DNA of 63,574 nt, filler included, from Octopus bimaculoides (lineage: Eukaryota), in the NCBI RefSeq assembly GCF_001194135.2. It is 5 parts of 4 records of this genome, joined end to end, with 100 filler letters (N's around TTAATTAATTAA, not from the genome) between each part and the next. Parts side by side here need not be neighbours in the genome. Positions count along the whole stretch, not along the records: positions 20,735 to 31,002 come from NC_068999.1; positions 31,103 to 44,109 come from NC_068981.1; 3 more parts are not named here. One strand, 5' to 3'. Shown here piece by piece: positions 26,554 to 40,227 of this stretch. A model generated the notes under the pieces. It saw nothing but the letters and a program-made list of their open reading frames with translations. It was not told the origin of the DNA and searched no databases. Every line of letters begins with the position of its first letter. The stretch's first letter is position 1. Position numbers and translations under genes: made by a program.

Positions 26554-27108
26554 AACACACACACATATATATTCATATATATTTGTATGTATGTATGTAT
26601 GTATACAATATTAAATCTCTGAGCGAGTGGTAAACAGTACCAGTGGGAAGAGCTTATAGTACTTTGTGTGTGGAATGAGTTGTCATCACTAGCTCGTGAT
26701 TATCATACACTGATGACGGGTTACTGCCCAGAAACACGAGTTTGTGTGTATCACGTAAGGCTAGAGATGGGAACGATGATCTTCCCCTCGCAAGTACTAA
26801 TCGGACACAGGCAGTGTGTCGTTAGTCAGCTAGAGGAGATGTCCAACCTGGGGCTGAAAACAACAGTAGCATCGTCCTCCATATTTAGTTGGCAAATATA
26901 TTTCACGATATATATATACAGTTCTAAATGTAAGAGATGAGGAATTATGTACATTATTTACATTTGTCCTCATCTTGTTTGTTGTTAACACAATGTTTCG
27001 GTTGATATACCCTCCAGCCTTCATTAGGTATCTTGGGAAAATTTCGAACCTAGGTTCTCATTCCTAAGCTATTTTTTGATATCATCATTATTATCATCAT
27101 CATCATCA

Positions 27109-27140
<32 letters not shown>

Positions 27141-27141
27141 G

Positions 27142-27408
27142 TTCAGTAGTTTTATTTTTATAACGTGCTTTCACTTCACTACCGAGCGCAGCTCTGTGCG
27201 CCTTGGGTATGTGCTGTGGTTTGCTGTGGTGCTCTTATGTTTACTGTATTGAAAGTGTTTTGCGTAGAATGTGTGCAGTACCCAGTAGTGCAATTTTCTG
27301 TATGTTATATATATTTGTAAGTCCTGGGATTTTTGTTATGTATTTGTCTGAATATTTTTTTATTATACCTAAGGCACCTACTATGATAGGAATTGGTTCT
27401 GTTTTATT
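27142..27408 (-). mobile_element. R4/Dong-like RLE non-LTR retrotransposon 3' end inserted in (TAA)n
   Basis: The minus strand encodes PIIVGALGIIKKYSDKYITKIPGLTNIYNIQKIALLGTAHILRKTLSIQ*, the conserved RLE C-terminal motif. Both ends abut (TAT/ATT)n. Confidence 0.8.
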
Positions 27409-27922
27409 ATTATTATTATNNNNNNNNNNNNNNNNNNNNNNNNNNNNNNNNNNNNNNNNNNNNNNNNNNNNNNNNNNNNNNNNNNNNNNNNNNNNNNNNN
27501 NNNNNNNNNNNNNNNNNNNNNNNNNNNNNNNNNNNNNNNNNNNNNNNNNNNNNNNNNNNNNNNNNNNNNNNNNNNNNNNNNNNNNNNNNNNNNNNNNNNN
27601 NNNNNNNNNNNNNNNNNNNNNNNNNNNNNNNNNNNNNNNNNNNNNNNNNNNNNNNNNNNNNNNNNNNNNNNNNNNNNNNNNNNNNNNNNNNNNNNNNNNN
27701 NNNNNNNNNNNNNNNNNNNNNNNNNNNNNNNNNNNNNNNNNNNNNNNNNNNNNNNNNNNNNNNNNNNNNNNNNNNNNNNNNNNNNNNNNNNNNNNNNNNN
27801 NNNNNNNNNNNNNNNNNNNNNNNNNNNNNNNNNNNNNNNNNNNNNNNNNNNNNNNNNNNNNNNNNNNNNNNNNNNNNNNNNNNNNNNNNNNNNNNNNNNN
27901 NNNNNNNNNNNNNNNNNNNNNN

Positions 27923-28097
27923 TATATTACATACAGAAATAAGAGGAATGACTAGCAAAAGTGGATTCCCATATGCCAGAAATAGATGCCGAATCATCTA
28001 ACCACGAAAGAAATATGGTTAGATGATTCGGCATCTATTTCTGGCATATGGGAGTCCACTTTTGCTGGTCATTCCTCTTATTTCTATATGTAATATA
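27923..28097. repeat. 175-bp near-perfect hairpin (82-bp arms, 11-nt loop)
   Basis: The arms differ at only 3 positions; the loop is CGAAAGAAATA. Confidence 0.92.
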
Positions 28098-30512
28098 ATT
28101 TTAATCCTCGGATTTTTAATATGCTAGACCACTGGTTTTAATTGATTAATTTCAATTTCTACCCTCATTAATTAATTATATATATATATATATAAATAAA
28201 AATTAAAAATGAATTACAATCCCTCACAACATTATGAACCCAATATGCATTTTCGGAAGTGTAGTATATTCTTAGCGACAACAGCGACAACTTGGTTTTC
28301 TTCCATCTTCTTCTTGCTCTGTTAAAGTATTTGCGTAAAATTATATTAATGTGTCCGACTGATTAAAATTCTATTTATTAATTTGTGCAGCTGATCATAG
28401 CCTGGCATTGAAATTAATATGATGATTGCATTGTTCAATTAAATGGAGTCGCTTGAAACGGTCGTACTGCATCATTTCTTGATATTTTGTTGCTTTTTTT
28501 GATTTTCCTCCTCTAACTTCGAGCTGCGCGGATAATACCGGACTGACTTGGTGTTTCAACTTAAGTAACTGAATCTCAGTTTTTTTCCATATATATATAT
28601 ATATATATATACAGAGAGAAAAAGAGGGTGAGTGAGATAGAGAGAGATAGAGAGTGATAGATAGAGATAAATCGGTAGAGAGATAAACAGACAGACCGGT
28701 AGAGAGATAAACAGACACACAGATAGATAGATGGACAGAAAGATAGCTATATGAATATATATATTTATGTATATATACATGTATGTATTTACATATGTAT
28801 ATATACTTATGTGTTCGATTTTATAAGCATGTCCACTGGTAGTAGAGACATATGAATATATGTTCCAAACTGTAAACGCGGTTTTGCGCCTAGAGAGCGG
28901 AAATTCTGTATCGTGACACCTTCGTATTCAAGAATATCAAAGGGTCTGCGAGATTTTCCCTGATACTTTCTATAAAGTCGAGAGAGTCCCTGAATTACTA
29001 CTAAAGAAATGTAACTCTGATAAACATGATTTTGTAAATCGAAAGTGTCTGTAATCTGGTATTGGAATCGATGGCATCGAGTAGGGTCCCTACTCCTTAA
29101 CATTGCTGGCATCAGGTCCATTTGAGTAACCATTATTTGTCTCAGAGACCAATCCAGTCATACTTAGGATACTGTTATCCATCCTACTTAAACTAATACG
29201 ATTCTCTACCTCACATGGAGTAGCTCCCAGATATCGTTAATAACACCGTTGTTGTTTTTGTTGGCGGTGGTGGTGGTGGTAGAGTTATGGCGTTATTGTA
29301 GTTGCTCTTATCTATCTAAACCCACGGTTAACAATCAATATGTACAATCTTACACAGGCTATATATATATATATATATATATNNNNNNNNNNNNNNNNNN
29401 NNNNNNNNNNNNNNNNNNNNNNNNNNNNNNNNNNNNNNNNNNNNNNNNNNNNNNNNNNNNNNNNNNNNNNNNNNNNNNNNNNNNNNNNNNNNNNNNNNNN
29501 NNNNNNNNNNNNNNNNNNNNNNNNNNNNNNNNNNNNNNNNNNNNNNNNNNNNNNNNNNNNNNNNNNNNNNNNNNNNNNNNNNNNNNNNNNNNNNNNNNNN
29601 NNNNNNNNNNNNNNNNNNNNNNNNNNNNNNNNNNNNNNNNNNNNNNNNNNNNNNNNNNNNNNNNNNNNNNNNNNNNNNNNNNNNNNNNNNNNNNNNNNNN
29701 NNNNNNNNNNNNNNNNNNNNNNNNNNNNNNNNNNNNNNNNNNNNNNNNNNNNNNNNNNNNNNNNNNNNNNNNNNNNNNNNNNNNNNNNNNNNNNNNNNNN
29801 NNNNNNNNNNNNNNNNNNNNNNNNNNNNNNNNNNNNNNNNNNNNNNNNNNNNNNNNNNNNNNNNNNNNNNNNNNNNNNNNNNNNNNNNNNNNNNNNNNNN
29901 NNNNNNNNNNNNNNNNNNNNNNNNNNNNNNNNNNNNNNNNNNNNNNNNNNNNNNNNNNNNNNNNNNNNNNNNNNNNNNNNNNNNNNNNNNNNNNNNNNNN
30001 NNNNNNNNNNNNNNNNNNNNNNNNNNNNNNNNNNNNNNNNNNNNNNNNNNNNNNNNNNNNNNNNNNNNNNNNNNNNNNNNNNNNNNNNNNNNNNNNNNNN
30101 NNNNNNNNNNNNNNNNNNNNNNNNNNNNNNNNNNNNNNNNNNNNNNNNNNNNNNNNNNNNNNNNNNNNNNNNNNNNNNNNNNNNNNNNNNNNNNNNNNNN
30201 NNATAAACCGTATGAGCAGTAATAAAGAGACAGCAACGAGATATAAACGATATTATATGTAATTGATATCCTTAAAATAAATGAAAAAAAAAAAAGAAAG
30301 CCACCATCTACTTGGCGTAATTATGTGTAAAGTGGTGGTCACGTGGTTATTAAGAAAAAAGTTTGCTTTATAGTCCGGTGTAATGGAGGTTCGATCAGAC
30401 ATATTTCGCTTTCGGTAGGTAAGTGTATATTCTAACATTATTTCAGGTTGGCCACCAATGCCTTCTTAGTTGCATTCGGCAGACATACTCTGCTGGAAGG
30501 AAAGCTGTTGTT

Positions 30513-30550
<38 letters not shown>

Positions 30551-30902
30551 TATGTGTGTGTGTGTGTGAGTGTACGTATGTGTGCGTGCGCGCGCACACA
30601 GACACACACACATACACACACACACACGCACACACACAAACAAACACAAACATACATATAAATACATTGTCTCCAGTCGAAGATGGCATACGAGAGTTCA
30701 GTTTTTGTCGAATGACCTGTACAAATGATTTATTTATCGACATCAAATACATGAGATTTGCATTAGCTCGCTCCCTCCATCATATTGACATTGATTGAAT
30801 TGGTGCTCGGTGTTGAATTCACGATTGCAAGATCGTAGTTTCAATTTCTAGAGCGGGCGGTGCATCTCACTTCGACACCACTGGGCCATGCGTCCTCACA
30901 AG

Positions 30903-31002
<100 letters not shown>

Positions 31003-31102
31003 NNNNNNNNNNNNNNNNNNNNNNNNNNNNNNNNNNNNNNNNNNNNTTAATTAATTAANNNNNNNNNNNNNNNNNNNNNNNNNNNNNNNNNNNNNNNNNN
31101 NN

Positions 31103-31134
<32 letters not shown>

Positions 31135-34100
31135 GTATGAATATATATATTCGTTTTGCTCTTTCGCCTCTCGCGGCGTACACATAATTTATATACGTAT
31201 ATATATATACATACACATACTTTCTTTATATGCGCATGTATTTGTTCATTTGTATACTTAAAAATATTACTCAAGGAAATACTTCATACATATATAACAT
31301 GCAATTAGAACCTAACTCATTTAATACTGTTTCTCTTTGATCATCTAATTGAATAGCAATTCATTTTAACGACTGGAAATCGAGTTAAAATATTTGATTA
31401 GTGAATCGCTTGAAGCCTTTCAATACATTCAGATAAAGCAAATGGCGCAACAAGTTTTAATTCCAAATTAATTTATTTATATGCCATGCCTTCATTTTCA
31501 GCATGGTAGAGAGGTTGGTTCTATTATTCTGTCCGAAGACGTGTTTGTGTCTAGTTGTACGTTAATACGAATACATGTGTATGTGTGTTCTTTCATCCAT
31601 TCTCTTTCCGATACATCTGTTGTTGTAATGAAATATCTCGCGATTTACATACCTTTTAATGCTAAACAAATTAGAATGCATCAATAGAGAGCGTTTATGA
31701 ATGTATCAAATATTCTCTGGTCCAGATTTAAATTAATATGTAATTTCCAATTTCATTTTCCTTTTATCTGTCATTGTTTCAACTGATATACAGTTTAGCT
31801 TCTCCAATGTAGACTTCATTATTGCTTTTCTTTTTTTCATGCTCTTATTAAGAGAAACAAAATGAGTAAAGCACTTCTTATACCATAAAAAATTACGATT
31901 GTATCGAGAAATATAATCGATAAGATATATACTGCCTTAGTACTTGTATTTATTTACATGATAAACTGCAGTAGAGAATTTTAAATGCTTAACCCTATTA
32001 TTTACGTCTTAATGTAAAAGGTAGTAGGTGGTATTTGAACGAACAAGAGTGAAAGTTGGTGGTTACATAATACTCTCTCAACCGTGTAGAAAGAATTCGT
32101 TCATTCGTTCTACATGCGCCACTCAATCTTAAATATAAAACTACATAATAGGTAACGTATTCCTAGTTCTACATTTGTCAATATACCTTAGTGAAGCAAA
32201 AAACAAGCAGATTCGTTGTTGCGTATGGAGACTTTCTCGCAGCATTTGATACCTGTTTGTACATTATGAGATTAAATCCCACCAATGTTATCTCTCGCCT
32301 CCACCTTTCAAGGTCAATATAATAAAATACCATTTATTTAGTGTGTTTTATGCTGTTGATGTTTAAGATTGCGCCTAAGTTTGAATCAATATCGCTTTGT
32401 TTCAATTGTTCAAAGTTCCACATTTTGTTCTCTCCCTTCTATTATACAACTCACCAGTGCAACAAATATGTGATATAAATATTTTGTGTCTGTTCAGATT
32501 TTATCAGTATTTCTTTGTTATCCGCATCTTCTCACATTTTCGTTTACGATATATATTTTTTATACACATAACGTTCATAAAACAAGGATATGTGAAAAAT
32601 GAATATTATGATAGTATACTCATATTGAATAATAAGGACCACTGTATAATTTTGATTATAGAATGCATATATGTAATTTCAAGCTGTAGAATTACACTGC
32701 TCACAATGTAGCAGCTGAACATGGAACATGGATGCTGTCCAAAGACCAATTTCAAAGACTGTTGGATTTTACTCATAGGGTATTGGAATCTTATAAACCG
32801 ACGTTTCCTAACTTTAATTCCAAATAACATCAGATACTTTAATTTACGAGATGAAGTAATTAGTTGATCGTGACTAAAGTTCAGAGTTGTATCAATACAC
32901 CAACACTGTAAGCAATCTGAAAAAAATTAAATGGGGCTCATTTTGCGAATGAGACTGACGAAATACCCGAAATGCACTCCAGAAATACGAGTCGTAAATA
33001 TGTGGATCCATGCCTTCAAATCGTTATTAAGGCTCCACACAAGAAACTTTCGTAGTCTTGTGTTTTTCTGAAGTTATTTGGAGAGAATTGTCTCTCACTA
33101 TTTCTCCAGTCAGTTGATTTGATAAGTATTCTGCTGCACCTTCAAAGTGTGAAGAAATTATCTCTTTCAATTTTTATCAAACAAAAATACGTTTTTGTGG
33201 GTATATAAGCTTTCAAAATGATAATCGTATAATGACAGGAAATCAAGTCATTATTCATTATGTAATATTTTATAAAAATTAATTTTTGCAGTAGTTTATG
33301 ATATCTGTAAAATTTACCTATTTTTAGGGAAGGAACACTTATGTAAACACTCATGAATTGGAACTTGTAGCATTTTGGATATTCATTTTATCACAATAGG
33401 TTAATGTTTTGACCAGGGAGTGTTAGATAATGTAACTAATAAGGCAGTGCAAGATATACAGTTACTGTCAATCAATCACTATTGTTTATAGAATAACTTA
33501 CATTGTTTTATTTATGCACTAAAAAAAAATCAGTTGTGAATTTTGCTCGACAACAATGGCAAAATATTTATCATTCTATTATGGTCATTAATATTAATGG
33601 GAAAATATCTTCAACTTCCAGTGAATAAATCAACACTATCACATGGCATCAATATGCAAGTGGTTCAAATCCGTTGGAAAAAATGATCTGGTGTCCATTT
33701 ACTAACATTTGTCGTCTTTAAATAAGGCATGTCAGTTATATGATAGTAAATATTCCGTTATGGCATCCTTACAGCTTAGCTAATTGAAGCAAAATTCAAC
33801 TATACACATCAGGGAAGTCACTTTCCACTATCTTGGTTTATGCGATTATATAAATACATGTGTGACGAACTGGATTAGAAAACACATCTTTGCATTCAAA
33901 TGATGGAACGGGTAAGTGGAATAAGACTATTTTATCTTAGAAATAGAAAGGAAAAACCAACGGGTAATTGGACATCATATAATGGGAAATTTTCCAGCTA
34001 ATCGAAATTTAAGAAAGGGTACAGCAGATCAAGTGTACAATAGATTACTAGTTTTATTCGATATGTCTCTGGAAGCCTCTACCTATTCTACTGTAATGAG

Positions 34101-34670
34101 ACTTTTAAACTGCTACCACGTCATGCTCTATATATAACATATTCCGTTATATAAATCTGTATGCAACTTTTACTCATTTTCTTTTCTGAAACTTTACTTA
34201 ATGCTATAAACAGGTAGAAGAAACGAGAAGTAGTTAAAAGACTGGGAGAAGCAGTATACATTAGTGTACTGAAAATTGATAATATAGCATAATTTTTTAA
34301 ACGAAAATCATAGAAAAATTGTCAATGATTTATTTACATTGCCAAATGTACGGTTAGTCATTGGTATTTTAACAATGCTTTAACATACATTTCTTAATTC
34401 CAAATATTTTCTGACCTAATATTTTTCGATGTTTTTATTAGTAGAAAATGACATATGTTAATCTTAAAAGATGCATCTTTCCTAAATGCCAACATTTTCT
34501 TTTCAGAGCATCAAATCAAATACAACGCAACATTTCGGTTCCCAATTTAACGCACGTCAATTATAGTGGTTGAAGTTTATATGACAGCGACCCTCGAGAG
34601 ACCATACTTTTTTGCTAGTCGAAGAAATTGCAAGAAATTCCTAATGCAAATCTAGGTATTTCAGTGGGTA

Positions 34671-34762
<92 letters not shown>

Positions 34763-35596
34763 TTGCGTGTATGTGTTTATGTATGTATGTATGTATGTAT
34801 ATATTTGTCGTTTATAAATATTTTGGCAAATATGTCTTCGTAATGCTCAAAAAGATTGTATACTTCCATATTTTCATTTGGATCTGCAAGAGACATTTGC
34901 AAAAATGTACTGTTGTGTCATTTTTATATTTATTATTAGGTATTTCTCTGTCATTTTATTCTTGTTGTGATAAAACATCTTTTTCCTATTCATTATTATT
35001 CAATAAAGTTATTGTTAATTTGTTAGTACTGCTGCTTGAATTTTCCAATTTTCTTATAGCAACAGTATACTGTCAATACACCATTAATGACATATGCAAT
35101 CCAGATGACCATCGGCTGACTCCAGAGCCGAAGTGTTGATTTAGATCATTTTAAATATTATTTAATACAAAATAATACTATGGAATTATCAAGAGATATA
35201 AACATAATAACAGTGATTAAAGTAACGTTCAACATTGAATTACGTTAATGAATTATGAAATGTATTATTATTTCAACAAAAAATGTTTTGCAAGGTTGAA
35301 TCTCTGGCGTTGACTTACGAAGGAAGAATGATGGCATATTTTCTGAAAATCTGACTTTGAAATTTTTTTTGCCTGACCTTGTTAACAGCAAATATTCAGA
35401 AGTTGTTTCTTACAAAAATTCGATTGAGAATACAAAATAAGTCAATATGAATAATGCGAACAAAAATACATATAATACGCACACGTGCATATCCACATGA
35501 AATCACAAACACACACATATGTGTACAGACAAATGTGCGTCTATATGTATACAGGACGCAAGTATTATGTATGTATACACGTATAAATTCATTGAA

Positions 35597-35652
<56 letters not shown>

Positions 35653-37029
35653 ATATACATATGTGTGTGTGGGTGTGTGGGGGGGTGCGTGTTTTATGTA
35701 TGTATGTATTTATGTATGTATGTGTGTATGTATGTATGTATAGAAATAACACACGCGGACACACGTACACATTTATATACACATATATACATGAATTTAT
35801 TTGAACCAAATAAAAGCAGAAGTAACATTATCATAGTACCTTGTTCGGGTCAAAGATTTATAATAGCATACATGAGTACAATGCATTGCCTGTACACAGG
35901 GAATTTTGCATCGAGTGCTGAAAGCATTAGAAGCGCTGGAATAAGAAAGGGATGATCTAAAATAAGTATAAAGAATAAGAGAATTGCATATGGCTGTATG
36001 AGATGTAGGTTTGCAGATTTTCTCATAGGAGGATAGTTTAAACAAAATTTACTTTGCCGAATTATAGTTAATAACAAGTTAATGTCATTCGTAGATGATT
36101 GTAGAGATTTCATACAGTTCAAAGTTATTACACGAAGCCAGATATTATCAAAGCAGGAACAAATAAGAATGTGACAAACAAGGGTGGAGAAAGAGACATG
36201 AAAGAGAAAGGGCATTTGGGAGTTTGGAGGATTTACACTATTTACTTTGTGTGCAAATTTACTAGCAAGAAGAATACATGTCATATCGCCAATGTTCAAT
36301 ATAACTGGATTGGAGCATTGGTTAATTGAAAAGTGCCCATGAGAGGCAAACTGAAAGAAGATTTTATGTGTACTGAAGTTCGAAAATATTTACATGACAA
36401 TCATGTGACGAATTTTAAGTGAGCTACGTACTTGTCTTGTAAGTCAATCACATATGAAAAATTATGTCAATTACAGTTTTAAATACGTGGAGAACACAAG
36501 AATGCTATTTTGGAATTAATGACATTGTAGACTTGTGTAGACATATGTAAGATAAGGTAATTTTAGGCTAATTTTTTTCAGTTCTAATTAGAATATAGCA
36601 AGTTTTCAAGTAGAAATTATATCTGATATATTTGTGTGTGAGATTTGGGTTGGTGGCTGTGTGTTTTGGTGAGTGCATTCGAATGCGTGCGTGTGTGTGT
36701 GTGTATGTGTGTGTGTATGTGTGTGTTTGGGTGTATGTGTGTGTGTGCGCGTGTGCGTGTGCGTGCGTGTGTATATTACAAAATGATGAGTAAAATCCAC
36801 TGGAATTGTTATGTTGAACATATACGAAATAAAATGTTTACACAGTTGATCGTTTCCCTTTTTAGCTATTCATGACGGAACAGTTAATGATAATGTCATG
36901 ATTTCACGCTGCCATATTTAATAGTCGTCGTTCGACGTTGGTCGGAGATGAGATAATTTATAAATCAACATCAAGTGACATCTAATTACGGTAGCATGAC
37001 ATGATAATATAATCACTAACTGCAAACAT

Positions 37030-37760
37030 TTTATTTCATAAATATATTTTTCAACATAACCTTTTCAGTGCATTTCCTTGTTTATTTCTACTATAATTCA
37101 CCACGTAGAGATGTTTTCGAACTGCACTGCTATACACACGCGCAGTGTTCTGGCCTCGTCTACAGAATTTATATTCTTGCCGTGCAAATGGTTTTGAAGA
37201 CTGCGGAATAAATGATAATCAGATGGGTCAATGTACAGTGAAAATGGCCGGTGAGGATTCGTATCCCATTCAAACTGCTTCCGCCTTTGGAATGTCATCC
37301 TCGCTGTATGTGGCTGAGCATTATCCTGAAGGAAGGACACCTTTCGTCGTGAAACCAAAGATGGTCGTTTTTCTTCTAGTTCTAGCGCAGGTGTGGATGA
37401 ATGGTTGAATGACCAAATCGAAGCTTCTTTGTTAGTTCCCCAACAGTTACGATGAGATTTTGTTCTACCAGCGTTTGCAGGACGTCTTCGTCGTGCTCTA
37501 CAGATCTTCCAGGATGAGGCAGCTTTCTAGGCTGTAGTTTCCGGCTCGAAATTTCTGGAACCACTGTTGACACTGGCTTACATTTGTTGTCCGATCCCCA
37601 TATACTGCTTTAATATTCCTTACACTTTGATTTGCGCTGTTGCTATTATTGAACTCATAAAGCAGAATACGCCGAATATTTGACACTTGCTCTAAGTCTT
37701 CCATTATAGCTTTGAAAGATACCTGTTAAAATCGAACTGCCCTCTTCAAACCTTGCGCTA
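37030..37760 (-). mobile_element. Mariner transposase remnant (Mos1/SETMAR-like)
   Basis: Frame-shifted pieces: IRRILLYEFN..NSANQSVRNIKAVYGD...CQQWFQKFRAGNYSLE and FLQDNAQPHTA...PSDYHLFRSLQNHLHGK. Confidence 0.88.
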
Positions 37761-40227
37761 ACAATAAAGACAAGGCAACATTTTTACCTGCATAATTAGA
37801 TTTGAAATGATGCGATACTTCTTGGTGTTTTTTATTTATTTATGGACATCCTAAACTGAATTAAGTAATGGACAAAACTAAAAAAATAAAACATTTTTCT
37901 TAGTATTATACAAACGCTTTCGATTCTGTAGAGATACCAGCTGTGGTAAGAGTTATAAGTATATAAGTTGTAAACATGTTGTATACGGGCGTCTCCGAAG
38001 ATATCTGTCAACGTGACACATTTCCCATCAGACTAAACAAAATTCGACAAAATTTGTATTCAATTTCCTCAAGTGACTCTGAATCTACTTACATTTTGAA
38101 ATATGGGTGGTAGACTGACTGGGCATTATGATCGACAACTAATTTCATGCCTATAGTCCATTCACAGACATTTTTCCTTTTGTGATGAGATCTGGCCCAA
38201 ATTCAAATTATTTTTGTAGTATATTTAATGTAGAAAATGAGTTAAAATAAAGAGTTATGAAAAACAAAATGATGTTCTTTGATATCAAATTTGAATTAAA
38301 TTTAAGTAAATATAACCAAAGAAATATACATAACGAATATCACAATTTGCCTTTTACTAACAAAGAATCCTCCTTTTGTTTTTAAATGGAAACTGTGTAT
38401 AATATGTATTAACAATGCAATACCTGAATAAAAACTTCTTGATACATTAATTCTGAGAAAACCCTAAAATGCAGGCGGATCGGAAGTCAAAGTTCCCTCG
38501 AACGCGTCATTTTTGGATTAACGTAGATATACTCAAAAGCAAATATATATGGATTGGAAATCCAATAAAATGTAAATGATATGGTTAGGTTTTGAAAATA
38601 GTTCAGTTTGAGCTGGTCTCAACAGAAACAAGTGATGAACCAGAATATGAGTGTGAAAGGCTGACAAACATGTTTATGGGCGACCGTTAAGTAAATAAGC
38701 GATTCTGAACATGATGCAAATTTTTACTTTGCAGTGGAAGAAAAATTATTGCATAATTGATTTCATAAACGAGTAATTCCTTATCAATTTTTAAAACTTT
38801 TAGTAGTAAATGGCTGTCGCCTGACATTAGCAGTTTTGTAATATATATAATTCAAGTGCACTTTCCATTAAAGGAATTTATATTTTTGAGAAGAATAACT
38901 GAAATCAATTTACTTTCCGTCCTTTCAATTTCTAAGAGAGAGGCAACTTTATGACTGGGAATTAGCATCTTTCAAATTGGTAGTTATTTCAAATTAGATA
39001 ACACCATTAATTGCCTTAACTAGAACGTATTTATGAGGTTATAAACAGGAATTCTAGTATTCAATATAGGATTATGAATTTAAATTACTTCATTAAAATA
39101 TGAGTAATCAAAGGATCCAAGGGTCCCAAAATTTCACGTAGTGTTCCAAAATCAGTGGTTTTCTATATATGAATGAAATGCAACCTTATCAAAAATACTA
39201 AGTGAACATATTTCACGGTAGACAGCTCTTTGAATATAATATGATACATTAGTTTGGAATTTTATAAAACCCTTTATATATGAAGCAAAATCTTAGGATG
39301 TGTCCATAACGATCATACTAAATTCACAAGAAACATCCATCCATCCTCTCAACGTTTATATTTTACGAAGAATTACAATCTTATAACTATTTATAACATA
39401 TATTGTTCGAAATACTTAAAGGTTTCATATAAATAATAATATTCTGATGAACTGAAAAGGTAGGATGCGTAATATATGATACACAAAGCACGCAAAATAA
39501 AATATATTTCCTTTCTAGGTTAAGAAGTATCATGAAAGTATGATTTAATGATATTCAGATATATACTACAATGTGTATTTCTTACTCAAAACTATAGCAT
39601 TACTGCTGTAAGATGAAAAAAATATATATTAATGTCGGTATGAAATATACCAAGTTTAGTCAAAAGTCTTCTAGGATTTAGTAACATGTATCTCCTAGTT
39701 ATATATATNNNNNNNNNNNNNNNNNNNNNNNNNNNNNNNNNNNNNNNNNNNNNNNNNNNNNNNNNNNNNNNNNNNNNNNNNNNNNNNNNNNNNNNNNNNN
39801 NNNNNNNNNNNNNNNNNNNNNNNNNNNNNNNNNNNNNNNNNNNNNNNNNNNNNNNNNNNNNNNNNNNNNNNNNNNNNNNNNNNNNNNNNNNNNNNNNNNN
39901 NNNNNNNNNNNNNNNNNNNNNNNNNNNNNNNNNNNNNNNNNNNNNNNNNNNNNNNNNNNNNNNNNNNNNNNNNNNNNNNNNNNNNNNNNNNNNNNNNNNN
40001 NNNNNNNNNNNNNNNNNNNNNNNNNNNNNNNNNNNNNNNNNNNNNNNNNNNNNNNNNNNNNNNNNNNNNNNNNNNNNNNNNNNNNNNNNNNNNNNNNNNN
40101 NNNNNNNNNNNNNNNNNNNNNNNNNNNNNNNNNNNNNNNNNNNNNNNNNNNNNNNNNNNNNNNNNNNNNNNNNNNNNNNNNNNNNNNNNNNNNNNNNNNN
40201 NNNNNNNNNNNNNNNNNNNNNNNNNNN

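Noticed and set aside
28395-28560. Minus-strand frame ...LEVRGGKSKKATKYQ as a possible PSMC3 last exon (LEVQAKKKANLQYYA)
   Set aside because: The similarity is limited to a few residues, the upstream conserved HEDY/F motif is absent, and the frame runs on for over 20 extra residues.
35850-36299. 149-aa minus-strand ORF in unique sequence
   Set aside because: There is no recognisable motif and the composition is typical of antisense AT-rich DNA. It is kept only as a BLAST candidate.
36961-36980. Minus-strand LDVDL as the start of PSMC3 exon 4 (LLDVDP)
   Set aside because: It is followed immediately by a stop codon and lacks an acceptor, so it is coincidental.
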